Of a DNA stretch of 64,000 nucleotides, positions 9,910 through 20,583 are shown one piece after another; position 1 is the first letter of the stretch; the number at the start of each line of letters is the position of its first letter. The DNA is from Candidatus Marinacidobacterales bacterium (GTDB lineage Bacteria > Acidobacteriota > Vicinamibacteria > Marinacidobacterales > DATDRI01), in assembly GCA_965219415.1 (NCBI GenBank), contig CBDCNP010000002.1, positions 3,712,001-3,776,000 on the forward strand, read 5' to 3'. Below the pieces are notes generated by a model. The model was not told where the DNA came from, searched no databases, and was given only the letters and a program-made list of their open reading frames with translations. The position numbers were made by a program, and so were the translations under genes.

Positions 9910-11595
9910 ATGCCGAGCCAACTGATCGAAGGCGTGCCTAACTTCAGCGAAGGATCGGATATTGCGGTGATCAAGCAGATCACTGACCAGATTGAGACCG
10001 TCGAGGCCGTCCAGCTCTTGGATGTCGATCCAGGGAAGGCCACGAACCGGACGGTGGCCACATTCGTCGGCCCACCCGAAGACGTTATAGAGGCGGCGGT
10101 GAGGGCGGTCAGAAAAGCCTCAGAGCTCATCGACATGAGGAAGCACAAGGGGGAACATCCACGATTCGGCGCCACAGATGTATGTCCTCTCGTTCCGGTC
10201 AGCAACATAACGATGGAAGAGACAGTAGAGTACGCACGCAAGCTGGCAAAAAGAATCGGAGAAGAGCTGGGCATTACCGTCTACTGTTATGAGCATGCTG
10301 CATTGAGCGAGGAGCGCAGGAATCTAGCAACCGTTCGGGCGGGAGAATATGAAGGCCTAAGAGAAAAACTCGCTCAGCCCGAGTGGCGGCCGGATTTTGG
10401 CCCGCGCGAGTTCAATCCCCAGTCAGGGGCCACCGCCGTCGGAGCAAGAGATTTTCTCGTCGCCTACAACGTCAACCTGAACACGACCTCGACCAGGTGG
10501 GCCAATGCGATCGCTTTCGATGTGCGGGAAAAAGGCCGCATCAAAACAGCGGACGGCACGCCAACGGGCAAACCCGTTCTCGACGAAAAGGGGCACAAGG
10601 TCTGGGCGCCGGGATCATTGAAGGCCGTAAAAGCCATCGGCTGGTTCATAGAGGAGTACGGTATCGCTCAGATATCCATGAACCTGACCAACTTGAGCAC
10701 TACCCCCGTCCATGTGGCCTTCGATGAGGTTCGCAAGAGAGCTGATACTCGGGGCGTCCGGGTAACCGGTTCCGAGTTGGTCGGTTTGATTCCGCTGGGA
10801 GCGATGCTGGATGCAGGAAAGTATTTTCTGAAAAAACAAAATCGCTCGACCGGTGTCTCCGATAAGGAGCTCCTCAAGATAGCGGTAAAATCATTGGGCC
10901 TCGATGATCTCTACCCTTTCAAGTCCGAGGAGAAAATCATCGAGTACGCCATCTCGGAAAGGTCGAAGAAACAGCTCGTGGATATGACGCTCGAGGAGTT
11001 CGTCCACACCACGGCCTCGGAATCACCGGCTCCCGGAGGTGGTTCGATTTCCGCAGCCATGGGTGCCATGGGCGCCGCACTGGCGACAATGGTTGCCAAC
11101 CTGTCCTCCCACAAGCGCGGGTGGGACGATCGCTGGGAAGAATTCTCCAATTGGGCGGACAAAGGAAAAACCTACCACGATGAGCTCCTGAGACTGATTG
11201 ATGATGACACGGACGCCTTCAACAAGATCATGGAAGCCTTTGGTTTGCCTAAAGGAACCGAGCGAGAGCGGACCGAACGCGACAGGATTATTCAAGAGGC
11301 GACCCGACGAGCCATCGAGGTACCCTTTCGAGCCATGAAAAAAACTTATGACTCCATGGAGGTCATCAAGGCTATGGCCGAGAGCGGCAATCCTAACTCC
11401 GTGTCCGACGCGGGCGTTGGTGCACTCGCCGCGAGATCTGCGGTCATGGGAGCATTCCTGAACGTTAAGATCAACGCTGACAGCCTCGATGACAAAGCCT
11501 ATATAGATGAGATTCTTGCGAAAGGTAAAGAGATAGAAGAAAAGGCCATTGCGATGGAGAAAGTAATACTCGATATTGTCAACAGCAAGATTTAG
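9910..11595 (+). CDS. ftcD: Bifunctional glutamate formiminotransferase / formiminoTHF cyclodeaminase
   Basis: EGVPNFSEG, HPRFGATDVCPLVP, QISMNL, GSELVGLIP; cyclodeaminase domain PAPGGGS..NSVSDAGV. Confidence 0.95.
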   Translation: MPSQLIEGVPNFSEGSDIAVIKQITDQIETVEAVQLLDVDPGKATNRTVATFVGPPEDVIEAAVRAVRKASELIDMRKHKGEHPRFGATDVCPLVPVSNITMEETVEYARKLAKRIGEELGITVYCYEHAALSEERRNLATVRAGEYEGLREKLAQPEWRPDFGPREFNPQSGATAVGARDFLVAYNVNLNTTSTRWANAIAFDVREKGRIKTADGTPTGKPVLDEKGHKVWAPGSLKAVKAIGWFIEEYGIAQISMNLTNLSTTPVHVAFDEVRKRADTRGVRVTGSELVGLIPLGAMLDAGKYFLKKQNRSTGVSDKELLKIAVKSLGLDDLYPFKSEEKIIEYAISERSKKQLVDMTLEEFVHTTASESPAPGGGSISAAMGAMGAALATMVANLSSHKRGWDDRWEEFSNWADKGKTYHDELLRLIDDDTDAFNKIMEAFGLPKGTERERTERDRIIQEATRRAIEVPFRAMKKTYDSMEVIKAMAESGNPNSVSDAGVGALAARSAVMGAFLNVKINADSLDDKAYIDEILAKGKEIEEKAIAMEKVILDIVNSKI

Positions 11596-11619
11596 TTCCT
11601 CTCTATTGGAGACATAATC

Positions 11620-13278
11620 ATGGAATCAGGCGTCAAAACCTCAATCAAAGCCCCCCGAGGACAAGAACTAACCTGCAAGGGATGGCATCAGGAAGCCGCG
11701 CTGCGGATGCTCATGAACAATTTGGACTCCGAAGTAGCGGAACGCCCCAATGATCTGATCGTTTATGGGGGCAGCGGCAAGGCGGCTCGCAATTGGGAGA
11801 GTTATCATGCCATCGTTTCTTCCCTGCGCCGCCTCGAGAACGATGAAACGCTGCTGGTTCAATCCGGAAAACCAGTGGGCGTGTTCAAAACACACGAGTA
11901 CGCGCCGCGCGTCCTCATCGCCAATTCGAACCTCGTCGGTAACTGGGCCAACTGGAAGGAGTTCAATCGACTGGAAGCTATGGGCCTGATGATGTTCGGA
12001 CAGATGACCGCAGGTAGCTGGATCTACATCGGTAGCCAAGGGATCATTCAAGGTACGTACGAGACATTTGGAGCGGTCGCCCGCAGGCATTTCAAGGGAA
12101 GCCTGAAGGGGAAGATACTGTTCAGCGGAGGATTGGGAGGGATGGGTGGAGCCCAGCCGCTGGCGGCTACTATGTTGGGCGCCGCATTTCTAGGTATAGA
12201 AGTCGACCCTGAGAGAATCCAAAGAAGGCTCGATACCGGGTACTGCCAACATATCAGCTACGACCTGGACGGAGCGCTCGAGCTCGTACGAGACGCAGCC
12301 GGGCGAGGAGAAGCTATCTCGGTTGGGCTGGTCGGCAACTGTGCAGAGGTACTTCCTGAATTGGTACGTCGCGGGTTCACTCCCGATGTGCTCACCGATC
12401 AAACCAGCGCCCATGATCCGCTGAACGGCTACGTGCCTGCCTCGTTGACTCTTGAAGAGGCGGCACGCTTGAGGCGAGACGATCCCGACGAGTATGTACG
12501 CCGCAGCTTTGATTCGATAGCGGCGCATGTTCGAGCCATGCTGGAAATGCAAGCACGAGGTGCCATCACATTCGACTATGGCAACAACATTCGAGGACAC
12601 GCACTCAAAGCAGGAGTAACCAACGCTCTGGACTTCCCAGGATTCGTGCCGTCCTTTATACGTCCTCTGTTCTGCGAAGGGCGAGGCCCTTTCCGATGGG
12701 TCGCCCTCTCCGGGAATCCTGCGGACATCGCTGCCACGGATGACCTGATTCTGGAAATGTTTCCAGAGGACGAAACGCTCTGTCGTTGGATACGACTGGC
12801 CCGAGAGCAGATCCAGTTTCAGGGACTGCCGGCGAGAATCTGCTGGTTGGGATACGGTGAGCGAGCCGCCTTTGGATTGAGGATCAACGATCTCGTGGCT
12901 CGCGGGAAGATTGAGGCTCCTGTGGTCATTGGCCGAGACCATTTGGATTGCGGGTCGGTGGCTTCACCCTATCGGGAAACGGAATCAATGAAAGATGGGT
13001 CAGATGCCGTGGCCGATTGGCCTATCCTGAATGCACTTCTCAACACGGCGAGTGGCGCCTCATGGATCTCTTTTCACCATGGCGGCGGCGTCGGGATTGG
13101 CTATTCACTCCACGCGGGGCAAGTGACGGTTGCCGATGGAACCAAGGAAATGGCGAAGAGGATCGAGCGAGTGCTCACCAATGATCCGGGAATCGGAGTG
13201 GCGCGGCATTCTGATGCCGGCTACCCGGAGGCGCTCGATTTCGCTCACGATAAAGGTATCAAACTGCCCATGGACTGA
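11620..13278 (+). CDS. hutU: Urocanate hydratase
   Basis: [46 protein letters not shown]. Confidence 0.97.
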   Translation: MESGVKTSIKAPRGQELTCKGWHQEAALRMLMNNLDSEVAERPNDLIVYGGSGKAARNWESYHAIVSSLRRLENDETLLVQSGKPVGVFKTHEYAPRVLIANSNLVGNWANWKEFNRLEAMGLMMFGQMTAGSWIYIGSQGIIQGTYETFGAVARRHFKGSLKGKILFSGGLGGMGGAQPLAATMLGAAFLGIEVDPERIQRRLDTGYCQHISYDLDGALELVRDAAGRGEAISVGLVGNCAEVLPELVRRGFTPDVLTDQTSAHDPLNGYVPASLTLEEAARLRRDDPDEYVRRSFDSIAAHVRAMLEMQARGAITFDYGNNIRGHALKAGVTNALDFPGFVPSFIRPLFCEGRGPFRWVALSGNPADIAATDDLILEMFPEDETLCRWIRLAREQIQFQGLPARICWLGYGERAAFGLRINDLVARGKIEAPVVIGRDHLDCGSVASPYRETESMKDGSDAVADWPILNALLNTASGASWISFHHGGGVGIGYSLHAGQVTVADGTKEMAKRIERVLTNDPGIGVARHSDAGYPEALDFAHDKGIKLPMD

Positions 13279-13279
13279 T

Positions 13280-15307
13280 TCAAGGAGAGGGCGACGCGAC
13301 GGCCGCCTTGTTTATTGGACGTTCCCAAGGCTTCCAATCAATGCCCATGACATACTTCTGCATCCAGCGGATCTCTTCGATGTCGCGCGTGCGCTGGTGT
13401 CTGGGCTCACGGAAACCATGAGGCTCGCGTGGGAATCTCACGTAGCGCACCGGCGCCTTGCCGATGTCTTTAAGAGCAGTGAAGAACATCATGGCCTGGT
13501 TGGCGGTACTGACCAGATCGCGATCCCCGTGGAGCAGGATCGTCGGGGTGGTGACGTTCTTGACGTACCAAAGTGAGGAAACCCGGCGCCATTCCTCTGG
13601 GTTCGTCCAATGCTCGCCATCGATATAGTGAATCCTGAGGTCGTAGCTGAGCCCGGGGCCGGACTCCGCGGTCCAACTTCCGACCATGGCTCCCAAGGAC
13701 GCGGCCTTGAAGCGGTCCGTCTGAGTGATGACCCAGCTCCCTAGGATCCCTCCCCAACTCCAACCGCGCAGCGCCAGACGTTCGGGATCGACGTGGCGCT
13801 CTGCGATCACGTAATCGACGCCGGTCATGAGGTCTTCGTACTCACCACCACCCACGTCACCCATGAGCGCGGTCAAAAGCTCGTCACCGTAGCTGTCGCT
13901 ACCGCGGATATTGGATCCGAGCGACGCATATCCCAGGCCTGCATAGATATGGAAGCTGGGCCGGAACCAGTTGCCGTAATGGCCCGGCGGGCCGCCGTGG
14001 ATGTGAAGCATCAAGGGAACCTTCGTTCCTTCCTGGTAATCTCCGGGGAGATAGAACACCCCTTCGATCTCCATCCCATCCTTGCTCTTCCAGCGGACGA
14101 TCTCCGACTTCGCCATGAGGATCTCTTCCTCGATCCACGGATTCGCGTGCGTCAGTCGAACCGGATTGAGCTCATCCACTGAAGAGAAATACAAATCGTT
14201 CGGTGTGTTGAAGTCGTTGAACGAGTAGACCATTCTTGCTCGATCCTTCGAGAAATCGAGGGCGCGGAGCGTACCGCTGACGGCCGTGACGTCAGTGACG
14301 CGTCCCGACGCCACGTCGATGCGATGGAGATTGCTGTTCGTACGCCGCGCCTCATTGAATAGAAGGCTCTTGCTGTCCGCTGACCAGGTAAGGCTCGACA
14401 TCCTGCCCTGGTTCTGTCCTTCGAGCTTGCTCTTCTCACTCGTGTCCGGGTTCATGACCCAGATAAACCCGTTCGTCAGATCGTGATCCTGGTCAGAGGG
14501 CACGTTGTAAGCAATCGTCTTCCCGTCCGGCGCCCAGAGAACGTTGTTCTCGCCGGCGTTGTTGTTGGTGAGACGGACAACCTTCTTCTCGAGTGTGTTG
14601 GCCAGATAGAGCTCGGACAAGTAGAAATAGTTCGAGAGCCGCTGGCGCGCCGCCGCGAAAACCACCCGCTGGCCGTCCGGCGACACGTCGAAGTCCGTGA
14701 TGACGAGCTCTTTGTCGGTGAGGCGAGTCTCGTCCATGGAAGAAAGGTCGAACGTCCAGAGGTTCCGCCAGCTTCCTTCCTCTCGGCCATGCGGACCCTC
14801 ACGGACGTAGTACGCATCCGCCCCCTTATCGTGCTCCTTTTGCCTTTCCTCGCTCAGCGCTTCGTCGGCGGTGAAGACGATGCCACGCCCGTCCGGAGAC
14901 CATTTGTAAGACTCGACTCCGTTCTTGTGATCGGTGAGTTTCGTAGCCTCGCCGCCAGCGGTCCTCATCCAATAGACCTGGTCATTGTCATCGACGGGCC
15001 TAATAAAAGAGAGATACTTGCCGTCCGGAGAGAACCGGAACGATTCGCCGCCTGCGTCGCCAATGAACTGAATGGCCTCCCCGCCTCCGGCGGGAACCAT
15101 GTAATATTTCTTCTTCCTCTTGTTCTCGTCCCAATCGAGCTCCGATTTGGAAAAGAAAACCCATTCGCCGTCCGGGGACATGAGCACGTCCGCGATGCGG
15201 ATCATGTTCAGACCATCGTCCACGGTCATCGGACGTGGCGCCGAGTCTTGTGCGACAAGGCTCGCAGCAACGAGCAGACTGGCTAGAACACTAATGGCTA
15301 CTCGCAT
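13280..15307 (-). CDS. S9 family (prolyl oligopeptidase/acylaminoacyl) peptidase, exported
   Basis: Signal peptide, beta-propeller, HGGP, GWSWGG nucleophile, HGDRD, EPHG. Confidence 0.92.
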   Translation of the reverse strand: MRVAISVLASLLVAASLVAQDSAPRPMTVDDGLNMIRIADVLMSPDGEWVFFSKSELDWDENKRKKKYYMVPAGGGEAIQFIGDAGGESFRFSPDGKYLSFIRPVDDNDQVYWMRTAGGEATKLTDHKNGVESYKWSPDGRGIVFTADEALSEERQKEHDKGADAYYVREGPHGREEGSWRNLWTFDLSSMDETRLTDKELVITDFDVSPDGQRVVFAAARQRLSNYFYLSELYLANTLEKKVVRLTNNNAGENNVLWAPDGKTIAYNVPSDQDHDLTNGFIWVMNPDTSEKSKLEGQNQGRMSSLTWSADSKSLLFNEARRTNSNLHRIDVASGRVTDVTAVSGTLRALDFSKDRARMVYSFNDFNTPNDLYFSSVDELNPVRLTHANPWIEEEILMAKSEIVRWKSKDGMEIEGVFYLPGDYQEGTKVPLMLHIHGGPPGHYGNWFRPSFHIYAGLGYASLGSNIRGSDSYGDELLTALMGDVGGGEYEDLMTGVDYVIAERHVDPERLALRGWSWGGILGSWVITQTDRFKAASLGAMVGSWTAESGPGLSYDLRIHYIDGEHWTNPEEWRRVSSLWYVKNVTTPTILLHGDRDLVSTANQAMMFFTALKDIGKAPVRYVRFPREPHGFREPRHQRTRDIEEIRWMQKYVMGIDWKPWERPINKAAVASPSP

Positions 15308-15316
15308 GGCTGAATG

Positions 15317-16300
15317 CTACCTTTCCTTGCGCGTTGCGACCGCTTCGGCGAGGACACAGAGAATCTCATACATCATCGTGGCGCCGACGAGGGCGGTATT
15401 GCCACTCGGGTCGAAGGGCGGTGCCACTTCCACCACGTCCCCGCCAACGAGATCCAAGCCTCGTAGACCGCGGATCAGTATTTGCGCTTCGACAGTGGTC
15501 AACCCGCCGACCTCGGGAGTGCCGGTGCCGGGCGCGTAGACCGGGTCGAGACCATCTACATCGAAAGAGATGTACGTTGGGCCGTCGCCCACGACCCGTC
15601 GCGCTTCTTTGATGACGGCGTCCACGCCCAACTTGGTGAACTCCTCCATGAAGATGACGCGCATGCCGTTTTCGATCGAGAAGGTCCACCCCTCCTCGGT
15701 GTTCTGGGCGCCGCGTATGCCGATCTGCACCGCTCGCTTGGGATCGAGCAGACCCTCTTCGACCGCCCGTCGGAACGGCGCGCCATGCGTGAATTTGCAG
15801 TTGAGGAACTCATCCCACGTATCGGTATGGGCGTCGACGTGCACCATCCCCACCGGTCGATCCGCGGCGATGGCCTGGAAGATGGGCAGGGTGATGGAGT
15901 GATCGCCTCCCGCGCTCAAGGGAGCAGCACCCGCGGCATGCACCTTTCGGTAAAACTCCGCAATATCTTCGAGCGCTTCCTCCACGTTGTAGCCATGCGT
16001 CAGCAGCACGTCGCCCAGATCGGCAACGCGGCAGAGCTGGTAGGGATTGATCTTGGTCACGTGGTGGATGGCGCGCATCAGACTCGAGCTGTTGCGCATC
16101 TCGCGAGGGCCATGTCGAGCGCCGGTCCTATTCGTAACCGCGAGGTCGAAAGGCACGCCGATGAGGCCGATGTCCACTTCCGACGGATCGCGGACGAGCG
16201 GGGCGCGCATGAAGGTAGCGATGTCCGTATAGCGCGGCGCCGTCATTGGATTGTAGTCGTCGGCCACGAGCCGTGTCCGCTCCTTGACCTTGTTCACCAT
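15317..16300 (-). CDS. Ureohydrolase: agmatinase / guanidino-acid hydrolase family
   Basis: GGDHSIT, DAHTD and SFDVDGLDP..PGTGTP. ATG at 16300 has an AAGGAGG RBS; the ORF-track start at 16513 overlaps the divergent gene. Confidence 0.9.
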   Translation of the reverse strand: MVNKVKERTRLVADDYNPMTAPRYTDIATFMRAPLVRDPSEVDIGLIGVPFDLAVTNRTGARHGPREMRNSSSLMRAIHHVTKINPYQLCRVADLGDVLLTHGYNVEEALEDIAEFYRKVHAAGAAPLSAGGDHSITLPIFQAIAADRPVGMVHVDAHTDTWDEFLNCKFTHGAPFRRAVEEGLLDPKRAVQIGIRGAQNTEEGWTFSIENGMRVIFMEEFTKLGVDAVIKEARRVVGDGPTYISFDVDGLDPVYAPGTGTPEVGGLTTVEAQILIRGLRGLDLVGGDVVEVAPPFDPSGNTALVGATMMYEILCVLAEAVATRKER

Positions 16301-16370
16301 GTCCAGCCCCTCCTTCTGTCCGTTGAAACGCCCTTGGACAGTGCCCGGACCGACGATGATAATGATACCC

Positions 16371-18506
16371 ATGACGACAAAGCAAATCGCTACCGGATCG
16401 GCGGCCGGCATTGCCCTGCTGGTGGCGGGCTTCTTGGCCACATCATGCCGTTGGCTCTCACCGGATGAGCCACCGCCGACGGCGCGGCACGTCGTCCTCG
16501 TCACCATCGACACACTGCGCGCCGATCGTTTGGGGAGCTATGGCAACAAAGACGTGGCCACGCCACACATGGACCGATTGGCAAAAGAAGGAGCCATGGC
16601 TCCCGACGCCACGGTTCATGCTCCTCTGACTCGCCCTTCCCACGTCTCTTTGTTTACTGGCCTTTTACCTTCGCAACACGGCATCCGCGACAATGTCTCA
16701 CCTACGCTTGACGCCGGAATCCCGCTCCTGGCCGAGGTCTTGAAGACCGCCGGTTTCAGCACCGCGGCTTTCGTGTCTTCCGTCGTCCTCGAGACACAGT
16801 CGGGTCTCGACCGGGGCTTTGACCTCTATTCTGCTCAGTTCGAGAAGGCCGACGGTGACGATACGCATTTCCTCCAAACGCTCCAAAAGGGTGGGGACAT
16901 CATTACCGACGAGGCCATCAACTGGCTCGATTTGAATCGCAGCGACGAGCGACTCTTCGCCTGGATCCATCTTTACGATCCGCACGAGCCCTACGAACCT
17001 CCCGAACCCTATGCCTCCGAATACGCCGACCGGCTCTACGACGGCGAGGTGGCGTGGTCCGATGAGCTGATCGGCCGTATCGACACGACCCTCGAAGACC
17101 TTGGCCTACGAGACGACACGCTCCTGATCGTAACGTCCGACCACGGCGAGGGTCTGGGAGATCACGGGGAAACGCTTCACGGATTCTTCGTCTACCAATC
17201 GACTCTTGCCGTGCCGCTACTCTTTCGTGGACCGGGCGTGGTTCCGGGTGCGCGTCTCGGCGTTACCGCTCGGACCGTCGACCTGTTTCCCACCGTCCTC
17301 GACCTGGTAGGCACGAGCCTTCCTGCGGGGATCGAGCTCTCCGGGCGCAGCCTCGCCGGAGCGCTGAGGGGTAGGGAAGAACTGTCCGAGGAACCAACTT
17401 ATGCCGAGACGTTAATCCCGCTTCTCCATTTCGGATGGAGCGATCTCCGCTCTCTACGCGAGGGAAGCTGGAAGTACATCGAGGCGCCGCGGCCGGAGCT
17501 TTACGACCTGGGGCGGGATCCTATGGAGACGCGGAACATGGTGAGGTCGGAGGCGTCGCGAGCCGAGGCCCTCCGCTCCGAGCTGGCCCTTTTTCTCGAG
17601 GCGGACGTGGCGACGTCCGGATCCGCGCCGGGACTCGGTGAGGTGCCTCTCGATCTTCTCGAGAAGCTGGGAGCGTTGGGCTATGTCGGAGGAAAGGCTT
17701 CGACGACAGGATCCGCCGGGGCCGATCCCAAGGACAAGATCGAGGAGTTCCGAGCTGCAAACCTCCTGCTACGCGAGGGCCTCACTCTCTTTCGCAAGGA
17801 GGATCTCACCGGGAGCATCGAGGCCTTTCAGAAGTTGCTCAGCGTCATCGATAGTTTCGAAGTCCACTACTATCTGGGCCGCTCCTTGCTGGCCTCCAAG
17901 CAATACCAGCAAGCCGTAATTCATTTCGAACGCGCACTTGAATATCAGCCGGGCTACGCGGCGGCGTGGGAGGCACTCGCCGAGTGTCGCGCCGGCACCG
18001 ATGATCTTCGAGGAGCGGTGGCTGCTCTCCAAGAAGGGCAGGCGGCCAATCCCGATGACGCCGGTCTTCTCAAACGCGAGGCGCGGGTTTGGCGCCTCCT
18101 CGAGAATCCGCAGGAGACGCGCCGGGCCTACGAGGCGGCGCTTCCCCTGGTGCCCGACGATGCCCTACTTCGTGTTCAGCTTGGTGAGCTTCTCCGCGAT
18201 CTCGGAGAGTTAGAGCAGTCGGTGCGGGTCCTCCGGGAAGCGGTCGCGCTGGAGCCCGAGACAGCGCCCTACTGGAACTCTCTAGGCACTGTGTTGGGAG
18301 GAAAGGGCGATCTCGGTGAAGCCGAGAAGGCCTTTCGCGAAGCCAGGAAACTAGACGAGTCAAACGCACAGTACGCCTACAATCTCGGCCTGGCGCTACT
18401 CCGTCTGGGACGCACCGAGGAAGCTCGCGTCCTCTTCGAAACGTCCCTCCAATTAGACCCGAAGTTCGAGGCGGCCCGCATCCGTCTCGCCCGAATGGGC
18501 TCCTGA
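16371..18506 (+). CDS. Sulfatase-like (alkaline phosphatase superfamily) hydrolase with C-terminal TPRs
   Basis: TIDTLRAD, LTRPSHVSLFTG, HLYDPH, SDHGE, then TPR repeats; start estimated. Confidence 0.88.
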   Translation: MTTKQIATGSAAGIALLVAGFLATSCRWLSPDEPPPTARHVVLVTIDTLRADRLGSYGNKDVATPHMDRLAKEGAMAPDATVHAPLTRPSHVSLFTGLLPSQHGIRDNVSPTLDAGIPLLAEVLKTAGFSTAAFVSSVVLETQSGLDRGFDLYSAQFEKADGDDTHFLQTLQKGGDIITDEAINWLDLNRSDERLFAWIHLYDPHEPYEPPEPYASEYADRLYDGEVAWSDELIGRIDTTLEDLGLRDDTLLIVTSDHGEGLGDHGETLHGFFVYQSTLAVPLLFRGPGVVPGARLGVTARTVDLFPTVLDLVGTSLPAGIELSGRSLAGALRGREELSEEPTYAETLIPLLHFGWSDLRSLREGSWKYIEAPRPELYDLGRDPMETRNMVRSEASRAEALRSELALFLEADVATSGSAPGLGEVPLDLLEKLGALGYVGGKASTTGSAGADPKDKIEEFRAANLLLREGLTLFRKEDLTGSIEAFQKLLSVIDSFEVHYYLGRSLLASKQYQQAVIHFERALEYQPGYAAAWEALAECRAGTDDLRGAVAALQEGQAANPDDAGLLKREARVWRLLENPQETRRAYEAALPLVPDDALLRVQLGELLRDLGELEQSVRVLREAVALEPETAPYWNSLGTVLGGKGDLGEAEKAFREARKLDESNAQYAYNLGLALLRLGRTEEARVLFETSLQLDPKFEAARIRLARMGS

Positions 18507-18521
18507 CGGGGGCGCGACCGC

Positions 18522-18789
18522 TAGCGTAGGCTTCCGTCCAAGGGGGTTGTGCAAGGCCATGTCCGAGCCGAGTCTGCCGGGAGTCCCGGCCGACATTCAG
18601 GTCCCCAGCACTGTAAGTCCTCCCCCATTCTTGGCTCTCGCAAGGCTTGGTCGCCCGAAACGCGAAGACCTCCTAGATTCACAACCAGCCGGTCACGCGA
18701 TTTGGACTGGTTCAGGTGTTCCTCCCTCAATAGGACGAGTTTCTCGACCGGACCCTCCCTCGGATTTCGGATTTTTTCTTTTGACGCTA
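18522..18789 (-). ncRNA. Candidate ~270-nt structured non-coding RNA or mobile-element non-coding end
   Basis: Nested long-range pairings 18522-27/18784-89, 18533-44/18757-71 and 18561-72/18743-53. The mismatches read as G-U on the minus strand. Several internal hairpins; intergenic. Confidence 0.5.
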
Positions 18790-19013
18790 CTGAAAGAGTG
18801 TACCCGCTAAATCGCCTTTTTTTTGAACAGATTTGAATAGATCTCCAGTTACAGCTACGAACCCCAACAGTGCCAATTGCCGTGCTATAACCGCTGGCAC
18901 CCGAGTTTAACTTCCTATGATTCGCCGCAACGAATGAGTGTATGGGTCACTGCTGGCTACGCCCCGGCCCTGTCCGCGAATGCGGCGACGATGGGAGGGG
19001 GAGAGGAGGCGTG

Positions 19014-20427
19014 ATGCGAAAGCTACTGATGCTCTGGTTCTGTCTGCAGACGTCGCCGGCCCGGCCGGCTGGCGTTGAGTTTGCCCCAGGGGCACATACT
19101 GATCGTCCTATCGCACTGGTCGGCGGCATGCTGCTGGACGGCTATGAGGCAGAGCCAATCCATGACGCCGTCGTTGTCATGCACGGCCGGCGCATCGTTG
19201 CCGCAAATAACCGACGTGCGGTCGAAATTCCGGCAGGAGCCCACATCATCGACACCCGTGGCAAAACCATGATGCCCGGGCTGATCGATTTGCACATCCA
19301 TCTCGACCTGATCGGACATGGTGACTACACCCGGTACTACCGCTTTCTCAAGGGCACGGTCCGTTTGCCGGAAGTGATGCCCATTGCTGCCAAACAACTG
19401 ATGCGGGCTGGAGTGACCAGCGCGGTGGACCTCGGTGCTCCGTTCCACATCCTGGAGACTCGGCGACGCATCGAAGCTGGCGATATTCCAGGCCCCCGTC
19501 TCACGATTTCGGGGCCCTGGATCTCCCGGATGCCGGATGCGGTACGCAACGTCGGTGTGTTGGAGGGCATTCCACCGGAGTATGAGCACGTCATCGCAAG
19601 CCCCGCTGAAGCACGCGACAAGACCCGGGAGAACATCGAGAAGGGCGCCGATGTCATCAAGACCTGGGAGGGACTGACGCTCGAGGACCTGACAGCGGTT
19701 GTGGATGAAGCTCACAAGCATGGCGTCAAGGTTCACTCGCACGTCTATCAACCGGACGAAATACGCAATGCTATTAAGGCCGGTGTGGACGTGCTGCAAC
19801 ACGTGGGCTCCGCCCGCAATCCGCCCTACGATGACAATCTGGTCTCGACGATCTCACACCGCCAGATTCCCATTGTTCAAACGGTCTCCCACCGTATCTG
19901 GATCTATCCGGCGACCGTTAGTTTTCCTGAGCGTCTCCAGGATCCGCTGCTCGAGCGAGACATGCCACCTGATATCTATGCCGAAGTCCTGGATTCGTTC
20001 CGAGACCTTCATCGGCTCAGCTATTTCCGGGAGATTGGTACGGAAACACGCAATGCGCGTCGTTCGGCGCATCAGTTCATCGAGGCCGGGGCCTATATGG
20101 GTATAGGCACCGACTCCGGAAGCCCACTAAATTTCAATACAGAGGCAATGTGGCATGAGATGTCGGCGTTGGTGGAGATTGGCATGACACCGATTCAAGC
20201 CATCTCCGCGGCAACCAAGACCGGTGCGGAAATACTTGGTCAGCAACGCGAACTCGGCACCGTCGAGCCTGGCAAACTGGCCGACCTTCTGGTCATCGAC
20301 GGCAATCCACTTGCGGACATCAACATGGATGAATTTCGTCGTTCTGACAATCCGCAACGGAGTGCCATGGTACGACCCGCAGGGGCTGGTCCTGCCCGGC
20401 GTCAAAGAAGTGGGCCGCGAGTACTGA
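19014..20427 (+). CDS. Amidohydrolase family protein (Xaa-Pro dipeptidase/imidazolonepropionase-like fold), frameshift near 20330
   Basis: PGLIDLHIH, carbamylated Lys region (ADVIKTW), HSH, QH, GTDSG and GKLADL. C-terminus continues in ORF 20224..20427. Confidence 0.82.
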
Positions 20428-20583
20428 CGAGGTACCGGGCACGACGTGTATGACTAATTGCCAGCGACGCCATCAACTCAACCCGTATATGGAGCTAGTA
20501 TTAGATTCGGTCGTAGGTTATTTTCTTGCGTGCGGTGAGGCGAACAAATAACCTTTCCCCGTTTTTGACACGGAGGCCTTTCC

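Noticed and set aside
18521-18836. Short ORFs 18521..18730, 18547..18810 and 18549..18836
   Set aside because: No motifs or RBS support; the region is better explained by RNA-like pairing.
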